From: the human T2T-CHM13v2.0 reference genome, Homo sapiens
DNA: 64,000 bases
NCBI RefSeq assembly: GCF_009914755.1
Contig: NC_060928.1
Direction: 5' to 3' (one strand)
Shown here: in pieces, positions 14,665 through 25,825 of the stretch
How the letters are laid out: each line of letters opens with the position of its first letter
Position numbering within the stretch: the first letter of the stretch is position 1
Made by a program: the position numbers and the translations under genes
Notes under the pieces: generated by a model
The model's input: only the letters and a program-made list of their open reading frames with translations
What the model was told of the DNA's origin: nothing
The model's database searches: none

Positions 14665-16142
14665 AAAGTTGCTACAAACCACAAAATATAATGGTGGGAC
14701 AGGCATAGGACAGACAACTTTCATTCCAAAAGGGAAAAACAGGAAAGAATAAAGCAGTAACTGGTCCAAAGCAAGTTCAAAACTCAACAGGGCAAACAAT
14801 ACTAAGTCCTAAAGCTTGAGCATAATATTTGACTTCATGACCTGTCTTACAGCACACTTGGACAGGAGTTGGCCTCAGGCAGCCTTGTTCCTATGCTTTG
14901 TGGGGCTTACTCCATGCAGCAGCTCCTATAGGTTGGAGTCCCATGCCTGCAGCTCTTCCAGCCTGGTATTGTATGCTGGTAGCTGTACAGTTCTAGTATC
15001 TTGAAGATGGCCCTGTCCCCATGGCTCCACCAGCAATTGCCCTAGTGGGGACTCTCTGCAATAGCTCTGCTCCTATGACAAGTCTGTTAGGGCTGCCAGT
15101 CTATCTATGACATCCTTTGAAATCTAGGTGAAGAAAGTCATGTCCCACCAGCTCTTGGATTTGACATGCTTGCAGAGTTAGCACCACATAGACTGCCAAG
15201 GTTTATGGCTTGTACCTTTTGGAGTTTGGGTTGAGTCAAATTCAGGGCCTGCTTGAGCCATGGCTGAGGCAGCTGAGAAGGGTTGCCCTGGAATGCAGGA
15301 AGTTGAGACTTGAGGCAGCCCTGGGCAGTGAGCCCCAAGGTCCTGAGGGTATTCTAGGCCTCCCTCTTGACATATTTCTCTCCCCCAGGCCTCAGCACGC
15401 TCTGCCTGTGACGGGAGAATCTCCGAAGTACCTTTAGGATCATTCTTCCATTGTCTTGATCCATAGCTCCTCACTTCATTCTATCCATGCTAATCTTCTT
15501 GTCAAATGGTTGTTTGGCCACATCCTTGGTTTCCTCTCCCGAAAATTCTCTTTCACTCTATACCACAGTGCTAGGATGAGAATTCTTCCAATCCCTACAC
15601 TCTGTTTTCTTTTTAATTATAAATTCTGTCTTTAAATCCTGTCTTCTCTCATTTTCCTACATGCAATTAAAAGAAGCCATACAGCACCCTAAATGCTTTG
15701 CTGCTTAGATATTTCCTCTGCCAGAGAGCCTAGTGCACTGCTTTGAAATTCCACCTTTCATAAAGTCCTAGGGGACTGATAACAGTTCAGCCAAGTTCTT
15801 TGACACTGTAACAAGAATGGCCTTTCCTCCAATTTCCAAAACCTTGTTCCTCATTTTCGTCTGAGATCTCATCAGAATGGCCTTTATTGCCCATCTTTCC
15901 ACCAATATTTGGATTACAACCGCTTAAGTAATCTCGAAGAAGTTTCAGACTTTCGCCACAGCTCTCCTCTTCTGAGCTCTCATCAGAATCACTCTGCATG
16001 CTCCATTCATAGTAATATAGGCTTTTTTCTCACCTGTTCTTCCAAATTCTTCTAGCCGCTACTCATCACCCAGTTCCACAGCTGCTTCCGCATTGTCAGG
16101 TGTTTGTGACAGCAACACCTCAATTCTCTAGTACAAATTTCC
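14665..16142 (-). mobile_element. MaLR (MST-int) internal sequence; 3' end and 3' LTR missing
   Basis: Typical MaLR-int motifs; abuts the LTR at the 'ggaaatttgtactagagaa' int start on the minus strand; ORF 15787..15999 resembles MaLR gag remnant. Confidence 0.85.
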
Positions 16143-16509
16143 TGCCTTAGTCTACTCATGCTGCTATAACAGAATACCTGAGACAGGATAATTTATAAGG
16201 AACAGAAATTTATTTATTATAATACAATTCTGGAGGCGGGGCAGTCCAGGATCAAGTTTCCAGCATCTTGCAAGGCCCTTCTTGCTGCATCATCCCATAG
16301 CAAAGAGCAGGAAGAAGGGCCAAGAAGGCACACCAGAGAGCCAGAGAGCAAGAGAAGGCCAAGCTCTCCCTTTTATAACAACATTGATCCCACCCATGAG
16401 GGTAGAGCCCTCATGGCCTAATCACCTCTCAAAGGTCCCACCTCTTACTACTGTTATAATGACAAATTTTAACAGAAGTTTTGGAGGAAACAACATTCAA
16501 ACCATAGCA
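16143..16509 (-). mobile_element. MST-family LTR (5' LTR of the MaLR)
   Basis: 'tgccttagtc...gctgctataacagaatacctgagac' to 'cattcaaaccatagca'. Confidence 0.9.
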
Positions 16510-16511
16510 GT

Positions 16512-17123
16512 TTATGTTTATTTTCTATTCCTGTGTAACCAATATCATAAGCTTAGGGGTATAAGACCACACTGATTTAACATCTCTCAGTTTCTGTAGA
16601 TCAAAGGTTGGGGGAACATCATGACTGGTTTATCTGCTTAGGGTCTCACGGGGCTGAAATCTAGGTGTCAGCTGGGTCTAGGATTCTCATCTGCGGCTCA
16701 GGACCCTCTTTAAAGCACTATTGGAAGAATTATTTTTTGTCATAGAACTGAGGCTCCTGCTTTCCTGCTGGATATTGGCTTACGACCACCCTTAACACCC
16801 AGAAGCTGCCCATGGTTTCTTGCCACGTGGCCCTTCCATCTGCAAAGCCAGCAACAGTGGGTCTGTCTCACATCAAATCTCTCTCATGCTTCAAATCTCT
16901 GACTTCTTCTGTGTCTGGCCTCTATAGCCAGATTTAAAGGGGTCAAGAGATTGGGTCAGGCTCACCCAGATAATCTATCTTTTTTAAAATTATGCCATAG
17001 AACATTATCTAATTACAAAAATAAAAAAAAAAACTATGAGATTCACAGTCCTAGGGATAATGTATCAAAGTGTACATCAGAAAGTGGAAATCTTGGAGGA
17101 CATTTTAGAATTTTGTCTATTAC
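16512..17123 (-). mobile_element. MLT1E-like LTR
   Basis: 'ggtctcacggggctgaaatctaggtgtcagc', 'gccacgtggcccttccatctgcaaagccagc', end 'cattttagaattttgtctattaca'. Confidence 0.8.
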
Positions 17124-17215
17124 AGGGTTGTTTTAAGGATTAAATAATATAACATAGAAAAACATATATCTGAATACCTAGTCCTTAATAGGGACCTAAT
17201 AAGTATCATTTATTT
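17124..17215 (+). mobile_element. MIR fragment
   Basis: 'gggttgttttaaggattaaat' MIR 3' motif. Confidence 0.55.
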
Positions 17216-17389
17216 TGAATATGATATTTGGAGGGAGGGAAGACAGTTGACCTACCAACTAGGCATTGTCATTTCTATAGATTAAAGATATTAAAATATC
17301 AACAATTTTATACGGTTGTATTATACCATGTTTGCTCAATGTAGTATTTTATAAAACTGAAGAAACACCTCTATATTGAATTTTTAGTC

Positions 17390-17550
17390 AGTAAATCATT
17401 CATTTTCTTCATTCATTCATTCATTTTCCCACAAGTTGGAGCTAATACTTAATACCTAGTATGAAATAGCCAATAAGTGGGGCAATTTAGAGCATACATA
17501 AAAGAGAAAGACATCATCCCTAACCCTCAAAACTTTAGGATCTAATGGAA
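17390..17550 (-). mobile_element. L2 3' fragment
   Basis: (TTCA)n tail followed by L2-like sequence. Confidence 0.55.
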
Positions 17551-18696
17551 TTTGAGTCTTCCTAGATTTTAACAGTGTAGTTGATATTAAACAAAGCTGC
17601 TTCTAACAGAGCTAAAAGAAGCAACACATATAGCAATTTCATGTGTCTAACCTCACATTGTTTATAATTCTATGACAAAAACAAATGGAGAAGATAAATT
17701 TAGAAGAAACTGTACTACACAGGCTTAGTGACAAATGGAGTTTACAGTCTTGGCAAGCAGCCTGCAAGGTTTTTCAGCGTTAGCTGGCATCCTACTTTGG
17801 AAATACCTTTCTTAGTTTCTCAGCAACAGTTCAGATATGACAAACAATTCTAGTGTCTCCTTTTTTGGCTTCAAATAAAATAGCATAAGCATATTTAAAC
17901 ATCCATCTTCTTCTGGCTTCTAAACTCTTTTTTCACATGAGCACTTAATTGATGGCTTTGTGCACCTTACTTGTGTCCCCCAAGGAGAGTATTCCAAACA
18001 TCCCTGGACATGTAAAAGCTTCTTTTGTAAAGTGACGCAGAATTCCATACTTCTTCAATTTGTTTTTTATTATTTCATTGGTCAGAATGTGGGCAGCTTC
18101 TGCTGCAGATACAGTCTCCAGTAACTGCCCTTCTAATGGTGACTTGGCTGAGTTATGCTGTGATACAAAGACAGTTTCCAAATCTCTGCCAATCTTCCTT
18201 GTGTTTATATAATTGCAATAATAAAACATACCACAGAATTTATCTTAGACACACTCTAGTCTAATCCCCATCATATTTTTAATTCTTATTGCAATATCCT
18301 TAACAATAACACCCACTCTCTTCTTGAATACTGGGATCAAAATGGAGTTCTTTAGCAAAGAACATTGCTCCTGCTTTTAATCCTTAATTTCCAAGTTGGA
18401 AAAGTTATTGCTGAATTTCTGGTCTTTTGTGTTGGTTGTGGATGGGCAAGTAGAGATTTCTCCACTCTCCCAAGATATAAACAGATTAAAACTCCTGATT
18501 TCATTAGTCAAGGACACAAATAATTAATAGGAGCAAGTTAGAAACAGATATAACTTCTCTTGATGTGAATTTTCCTAGGCCTGTAGTTCCCTAAAAAGGC
18601 AGAAGCTAACACATTTCCAGCATAGGATAATGTCTGATATGAGAAAATAATCTAATTTGTGGTATGACAAGCCTTTCGTATTTGGGGTTTATCAAC

Positions 18697-18803
18697 TGCT
18701 ATAAGCAGAATTAGGAGTCCTCAGCCCCAAATATGTCCATGTCCTCATCCCCAGAACCTGTGACTATGTTAAGTATCCTGGCAAAGGAGCATTAGGGTTA
18801 CAG
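18697..18803 (+). mobile_element. MLT1D LTR, 5' part (split by the HML-8 insertion)
   Basis: 'ccccaaatatgtccatgtcctcatccccagaacctgtgactatgtta' matches the MLT1D start; continues at 21745. Confidence 0.85.
18767..18803 (+). repeat. 37-bp direct repeat, copy 1 (target-site duplication)
   Basis: tgttaagtatcctggcaaaggagcattagggttacag, identical to 21745-21781. Confidence 0.98.
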
Positions 18804-19872
18804 TATCGGGGAACCTGCCCCAGTATTCATGTAGGTTCTTTTCTATTTTCCTTAAGTGTCGGCCAGCTTGAGAAATAAAGGGACAGAGTACAAAAGAGAG
18901 CAATTTTAAAGCTGGGCATCCAGGGGAGACATCACATGTTGGCAGGTTCCGTGATGCCCCACAAGCCGCAAAAACCAGCAAGTTTTTATTAGGGATTTTC
19001 AAAAGGGAGGGAATGTGCGAATAGGTGTGGGTCACAGACATTAAGTACTTTACAAGGTAACAGAATATCACAAGGCAAGTGGAGGCAGGGCGAGGTCACA
19101 GGACCACAGGACCGAGGCAAAATTAAAATTGCTAATGAAGTTTCGGGCACCATTGTCATTGATAACATCTTATCAGGAGACAGGGTTTTGAGATCAACCG
19201 GTCTGACCAAAATTTATTAGGCAGGAATTTCCTCTTCCTAATAAGCCTGCGAGCTCTATGGGAGACTGAAGTCTATTTCATCTCTGCAGTCTCGACCATA
19301 AGAAACGGCCACGCCCAGGGGGCTGTTTATAAGCCTATACCTCCAGGTGCACATTCTCCTTCTCAGGGATGTTCCTTGCTGAGAAAAAGAATTCAGCAAT
19401 GTTTCTCCCATTTGCTTTTGAAAGAAGAGAAATATGGCTCTGTTCTGCCCGGCTCACTGGCAGTCAGAGTTTAAGGTTATCTCTCTTATTCCCTGAACAA
19501 TTGCTGTTATCCTGTTCTTTTTTCAAGGTGCTCAGTTTTCATATTGCTCAAACACACATGCTGTACAATTTGTGCAGTTAATGCAATTATTACAGGGTCC
19601 TGAGGCAACATACATCCTCCTCAGCTGACAGGATTAAGAGATTAAAGTAAAGACAGGCATAGGAAATCACAAGGGTATTGATTGGGGAAGTGGTAAGTGT
19701 CCATGAAATCTTTACAATTTATGTTTAGAGATTGCAGTAAAGACAGGCATAAGAAATTATAAAAGCATTAATTTGGGGAACTAATAAATGTCCATAAAAT
19801 CTTCACAATCCACATTCTTCTGCCATGGCTTCAGCTGGTCCCTCCGTTTGGGGTCCCTGACTTCCCACAACA
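18804..19872 (-). mobile_element. MER11 (MER11C-like) LTR, the 3' LTR of HERV-K(HML-8)/HERVK11
   Basis: Minus strand starts TGTTGTGGGAAGTCAGGGACCCC and ends GGTTCCCCGATA; ~1.07 kb; preceded by the polypurine tract AAAAAGAAAGGGAGAGA (19873-19889). Confidence 0.93.
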
Positions 19873-21744
19873 TCTCTCCCTTTCTTTTTATATAAATGTG
19901 CCATGGCGATGAAGGCTTGTTCGTTCTCCCGATTTTGATGCAGGATTCTTTGACTGGTCTGGCACACTAAAAACAAGCCGATTAAACAGAGAAACATAAT
20001 TCCAAAATGTACTACAGTGGAGCCCCCAGTAGACTTAATCCAAGTCATGGGGTTTAATCCATAAAGATTTTCTGCCATCTGATCTAACGCCTCAGCTCCA
20101 GGCACAATGGATAAGTGAGCTTGAGAGGCTTCAAAAATTTGTTTCTTTAATTTAGTTATGTCCAATGATAAATTATCTTCTCTACCCAGAAGATGTCCTT
20201 TGACCATTTCCCATGAATGATCAGTCTCATTATAGGAATATGGGGTGATGTAGAAATCTGAAGTATTCCAATCGCACTGCATTTGCATGAGATGCTCGAG
20301 ACTCACTACCCGATCTCCAACCCAAATAACAGACTGTCTTAAATCATTAATTTGATTTGCCAATTTTTGATCGATGCCTTGTTGAGAATTCCACATTTGG
20401 GTGGAAATGGCTTGCCAATCATTAACAAAATGAGCTGTTTGAATGGATTGGTGTAATGCCATTCCGGCAGTGGTGGCCATTGCAGTGACTGTAATTAGGC
20501 CCATGATAACAGTGACTAAAGTGAAAACAAATCTCTCAGATCTTTTTAGAATTCGCTGTAGCACTTCCTTATTGAGGGGGAGGATTCCCAAGGTCTAGGT
20601 AAAGTTACCGGAATCCAGATTCCTTCTCGAGCTCGAACATTACATTTTTCCTGGAGTCAAAATGGGAGTTAATACAAGTGCATAGATGACAATTAATGCA
20701 TTGGACAGTTTGATTATGTGTCCAAATTTTGATATTTCCTACTAACGGCATGTAAGGAGGCTTAACACAGCTCTGTATGGGAATAGTCAGGTTGGAGGTA
20801 AGTAAAGCAGAATGTCTGGGTCTACATTGATACTGAGTGGGATGGTAGTGGGAACAACAGTCAGAATAGTTTTCCCTTCCCACACTCACAGTCCAGACAT
20901 GGCAATAGCCAATTTCCAAAGTTCTGGGTGTTCTGGGCTCAGAATGGGGAGTATCATATGAGGCCTGGGGTTGGGGGGTGTAATGCCTTTATCTACCCAT
21001 TTTAAGGGAAAGAATGAGCTGATCCTCCTATGCAAAGTAGAATGATGATTCTCGTTCTCTTGATAAGAAATAAAATAAGTAGCCTCCAGGCATTCCCTTC
21101 CACCAGAGGAGCAATTGTTTTTTAAATAGCCCTTTGGTGCCCAGTCTATTACTAAACCATATGAGTCATTTTTTAATATTACTGCATGTGAGTTAACACA
21201 ATCTTCCCAAATTAAAGTTTTAGATGGGCCCTCAAAATTTTTAGGGCACGGTTTTCCTGCAGGTTTATATGGAAAGTATGGGTATCTCCCATTACTCCTC
21301 CTTTCATTTGTTTTAAAGGAGAAAGGGAGAGGCCAGAGACCAAATGTCTCATTTTATCTGTAGCTGAACTTTCAGGAAGATAAGCAGCCCAGACTTGAGT
21401 TTCTAGATGTATACAACCAGGTGCATGTCCAAGGCACAGAGGGTGGTATTTATAACCCATAGTAACATTAAATGCAGTGTCTTATTCTCCTGGTTGGGCA
21501 GGGCAACAGTTATCTGTGGCTCCAGGCATCCACACACTATTGTTAGTGTAGATTTCTGCAGGAGCATCTATCCAGGTGAGAGGTCGAATAAGTGGAGGAA
21601 AAGGCACATAAGCCCAATAAGAATATTTATGTGTAGCAGGTAAATCAGTGTGAGAGGAAACTGGTGAGACAGAAAGTATAAGGAGGAGAATCATTAAATA
21701 AAACTTATTGTAAGTGAGATTCTGAAGAAGGAAGAGAAGAACAG
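19803..21744 (-). pseudogene. env: HERV-K(HML-8) env; SU frameshifted, TM region open (19803..20591, 262 aa)
   Basis: Betaretroviral motifs: signal/SU '[18 protein letters not shown]...NNSVWMPG', fusion peptide '[13 protein letters not shown]', ISU '[14 protein letters not shown]', 'CDWNTSDF', TM anchor '[15 protein letters not shown]'. Confidence 0.93.
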
Positions 21745-21781
21745 TGTTAAGTATCCTGGCAAAGGAGCATTAGGGTTACAG
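21745..21781 (+). repeat. 37-bp direct repeat, copy 2 (target-site duplication)
   Basis: Identical to 18767-18803. Confidence 0.98.
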
Positions 21782-21908
21782 ATAGAATTGAAGTTGCTCG
21801 TCAGCTGATTGAAGATAAGGAGATTGGCCTGGATTATCCAGGTAGGCTCAATGTAATCAGGAAGGGCCTTTAAAGTGAGAGAGGGAGGCAGAAGAGGAAG
21901 TCAGAGCG

Positions 21909-22004
21909 ATGTGCTGTGAAATCTACTACCGTTTGCTGGTTTTGAAAATGGAGAAAAAGAGTGAGGAACTGAGAAACATGGATGGCCTTGGGAACGTGGA
22001 AAAG
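21909..22004 (+). CDS. PCAT4: Putative 34-aa GDEP micropeptide, exon 1 part (MCCEIYYRLLVLKMEKKSEELRNMDGLGNVEK)
   Basis: ATG at 21909, 32 open codons up to a phase-0 donor; translation in vivo not demonstrable from sequence. Confidence 0.5.
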
Positions 22005-22194
22005 GTAAGGAAACACTCTTTCCCCCAGAGTCTTGTAAGAGGAATGCACTCCTGAAACGTCTTGGTTTTAGTACAGTGACATGGTTTTAACCCATACTGG
22101 ACTTCAGAACTATAAGTTAATAAATTTTTGTTATTTTAAGCCACCAAGGTTGTGGTTACCTATTATAGCAGCAAATAAAAAAACTAATCAACCT

Positions 22195-22793
22195 TCTGAC
22201 TTGGGTTGGTTTTAGGCTCTGAAATGAGGATTCATGTGAAAGTGTTTTAGTAGGAAGTGTTCCCAGGAAAAATTGTTTAGGGAAGCAGGAAAATGGGATC
22301 AGGAAGGAAAAAATGCCAGGAATGGGTGTCAAGTCATGCTATGTTTCATGCAGGACTTGGATTCAATCCTATATGAAGCAACAATAATATATTTTACACT
22401 TAAAAATTTGATAAGAGGGTGGATCTCATGTTAAATGTTCTTACCACAATAAAATTTTAAAGAAAATCTTTTTAATCCCATAGGGGAACTCTGGAGAAAA
22501 TGTGGGTTATTTGTCAGTTCTCCGAAGTCAAGTGGCAAGAGAGTTGAGTTATTCATCTCTGACCAGACATTGCTTATACACCACCCATAGTGGTGAGGTA
22601 GAGGAGTAAATTCCTAGGCAATTTTAGATCTCCATGCACGTAGAAAAATGGAATCTGAATGTTTGAAAGCATCCGTCTACCAAGAGACACAGGTGTTGGC
22701 TGTTAGGAATGAAAGCTGACTGGGAGCTTACACATATGACAACGGCAAAGAAACCCAATTAGAGATGGGTAGAGTACTAACAGTGTCTGCAAC
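22195..22793 (-). mobile_element. LTR16-family (ERVL) LTR interrupted by a short L1M 3' fragment (~22378-22467)
   Basis: End 'gatgggtagagtactaacagtgtctgcaaca' is the reverse LTR16 start; insert 'taagagggtggatctcatgttaaatgttcttaccacaataaaa'. Confidence 0.7.
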
Positions 22794-23424
22794 AGTTTCC
22801 TAATCTATGCACTTTTACTTAAATGAATGTTAACAGATTGCATTTTTTTATTGATTTTGTATCAAAGTCAGCATCTGCAATGCCACATACCATCCAGGGA
22901 AAGAAAGACTCAGTGCCCAAATGTTTCTGAAAAGTATCTTCACCTTCTCAGAGATCTGCACAATTCAAATAATCCACTTGTCAATAAGGAGTTTGAGTAT
23001 TGCTGTGTTCCAGGAATAGTCTCTGAGAATCTAGTAAGATACTTCTCAGGTTTCAGTAGAAGTTGTGATAAGATTACAAAAATATAAAAAGTAATAAATT
23101 ATCGTATTGAATGAAAACAATCCAATCTTTTGTCTGTCATTGCTCTGAAAGCATGACATTATGTAACTTCAGTGTTTAAGAATACCCTGACTATGCCCAG
23201 CTTCTCCTTATTAACTTTGCGAATGGATCCATCACATCAGAATCAGCTGCATCACTTTTCTAAGTCACCAGTTGTCTTCAATGGACATCATCTTTAAGAT
23301 TATGTTCAAAACTGATTGTTTTCCCTTATAAATCTGCCTCTTTTCCCAACTTCTCTTCCTTTGTTAGTGGCATTACTATTATTCTGGCCTCTCAAGTTAA
23401 ATTTATTAAACTTTTTCTTCTTGG

Positions 23425-24387
23425 TCCTTTTCCCATTTGCCCTGAAAATACTCACTGGTGGTGCTTGTGGCTGCAGCGTTTAACCTGTGATAATTTTGCC
23501 ATGAAATATCTCGCTTTTATTATTTTTACATTGCTCTAGTATATCAACTTTGGAAACAAAAGACATCATTCTATTTATAGCATTGTGTTTTTAGTAGTGG
23601 TATTTCCATTTACAAAATATAGTAATTCTCAATCGCTGTTAAAATTTGAAGAAATTAGTACCTTCATACACTGCTGGTGGGAATATAAAATAGGGCAACC
23701 ACCTTGGATAACAGTCCGACAAATCCTCAAGTGGGTTAAACATAGGTTACCATATGACCCAGTTATTCTACTCCTAAGTATATATCCAACAATAAAAACA
23801 TAACTTGTTTCAAACATCTATAGCAGCCATATAGTTGAAACAATGTCTATCAACCGATAAAGTGGAGGAAATCACTGTGGAATATTATTTAGCCATAAAA
23901 AATAATAAAGTACTAATATATGCTATAACATGGATGAATCTTAAAAACATTATGCTAAGTAAAAGAAGCCATTCACTAAAGAACATAAATTATATGATTC
24001 AGTTTATATAAAATGTCAAGAATAGGAAAACCTATAGAGACAGAAAGTAGATTAGTAGTTGCTTAGGGCTTGGGTTCGGGGGCTGGAAGGATAACTAAGA
24101 GTTACAAGATTTCTTTTGGAAGTGTGTGATGTTAACATCGTTCCCAAACAGCTGTTGGCAGAAGATTCATTTCACGAATCTGATTTTTCCAAAACAGACA
24201 ATTCTGATGATTGAGATGATTTTGATGTTAGTTCTGTTTAGAAATAACTCCAAGATCAGTTTTTATATTTTATTTTCACATTGAAAAGCTATCACCTTTG
24301 TTTCAGCCTCAAAGAGTGTGTTTATGTAAAATTAAATGAGCACTAGCAGTGAGCTGCACTCTTTTTTTTTTCTAAAGGGGAAAAGGG
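23425..24387 (+). mobile_element. MER75 piggyBac-type non-autonomous DNA transposon with an internal insert
   Basis: Termini (T/C)CCTTTTCCC...GGGAAAAGGG followed by TTAA (24388-24391); body matches MER75; interrupted at 23639-24120. Confidence 0.9.
23639..24120 (+). mobile_element. L1MB 3' segment inside MER75, an inverted copy of ~29256-29900
   Basis: Reverse complement shares private sequence with the neighbouring L1MB ('caaaagaaatcttgtaactcttag', 'gttgatagacattgttt', 'ccaaggtggttgccctatttt'); no poly(A) or TSD. Confidence 0.85.
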
Positions 24388-24639
24388 TTAAACCTGGTTT
24401 CAAGTTTGTCATTAAGTCTTAAGATATTGCTGCTACTTGTTTTCTCCCTGTGACCGCAACTTCTGACAGTCTAAACTCACTTTTTGTTTATATTGCTGGC
24501 CACCTAATATAGTGAGTCCAGTAAGTCTATCAGAAAAACCAAAAATATCATTTTTCTTGTCACTTCCTTGGTCAAAAATCTGCAATGAATCACTTTTTAC
24601 AGCACCAGGAAATATGACCAAAATATTAACGTTTTATGC

Positions 24640-24930
24640 ATGAGGGATCAAAGCCCTGGTCTCCTTCTTACTACTGAATATTATTCTGTTTGACTTCACC
24701 CTGTTGGTTTCCTCTATACCCTTTTCACAATTTGAAATTACATTATTTGTTTGTTTACTGATTATTTTTTATTTATTTTCTATTTCTATTTGGCTACATC
24801 TAAACTGTAAACTCTCCAAGGGTAAGAGATAGACATTTTTGTTTAACACCATACATCTTGTACCCTCTACAGGCTACTTATTAGTGCCAGGCAAACAGAA
24901 GGTTTTCAATCAACATTTGTTGATTTAGTG
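24640..24930 (+). mobile_element. L2 3' fragment
   Basis: 'taaactgtaaactctccaaggg...agtgccaggcaaacagaagg...catttgttga'. Confidence 0.65.
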
Positions 24931-25312
24931 GAGAAAGGAAGTAAGGAGGGAAGAGGGAAGATGAGAGGAAGGAATTATTTTTTGGTTCTTCTTGCTGACC
25001 ATCCCACCTACTTCCTTCCTTCTCCACCCTCATCTCATACTTTAGGATAATTTTTATGTTTGCCTTTTTTTATGCTATACCTCTACCCTCTAATATCTCC
25101 CTGCTTTTTCTCCTGGTCAAATCAAGTCACAAATTCTGTCTCATCTCCACTTTCTTGATTTCTGCACCCATATCCTTTCCAACCAGAGACATTTCTCATG
25201 TCTTAACTTCTGTTTTAGTTCCCATCTGTATAATTTTGAGCACTTGGTTACATATTTTCTGATGTTGCCATCTAATATTTTAGCATTTGGCATTGTTTCT
25301 ACATATAGGTCT

Positions 25313-25825
25313 TCCAGTATTTGCCTTCTGCCTATCTGCTCTCAGATTCATTCACCAGCCTTTCCCTGCTCTGTCCTCTTTTGTATTAGTTTACATTTCT
25401 CAGACTTTCTACTCTCTGGCTTTCTAATAACTTTATCAATGGGAGAAATTAATGGAAAATTAGGAAGAGGGAGGAGGAGAGAAGCTGGGATATTTCTGCC
25501 TGCAGTGGCTATTCCTGCAGCGATTATGTTTTATCCATGGTTGTAGCTCCTGCCAGGCAGCCTGTACCATGGCTTTACCTCTCGCCAGATGTCCCAGTTT
25601 CTGGGTTCTGGTGATAACATCTCTTCTTGTGATTTATCTATCCATTAAGAAGGTAAGGGCTTCCTGCTGTGGCTAATCTCTGAGTTGTCCCAACCTCAGG
25701 CTTTCCAGTTTTTCCATGTCATCTATCAACAACTCCTTGTATTGAATTTCTTCTGTTTGAAAGTCTTAAAAAATTGTTTTGTTTTATTTTATTTTGTTTT
25801 TCCTGGCAGAACACTGACTGATATG
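25313..25825 (+). mobile_element. LTR33-like ERVL LTR
   Basis: 'gtagctcctgccaggcagcc', 'ggcttcctgctgtggctaatctctgagttg', end 'ttcctggcagaacactgactgata'. Confidence 0.7.

Larger units (their letters stand above)
21745..22190 (+). mobile_element. MLT1D LTR, 3' part; hosts PCAT4 exon 1
   Basis: 'gagattggcctggattatccagg', 'tttgctggttttgaaaatggag', AATAAA 22119-22124, end 'aaactaatca'. Confidence 0.88.

Noticed and set aside
18804-21744. Interpretation as an L1-mediated processed HERV-K env mRNA
   Set aside because: Full U5 retained, no poly(A) tail, and the duplication is longer than typical L1 TSDs
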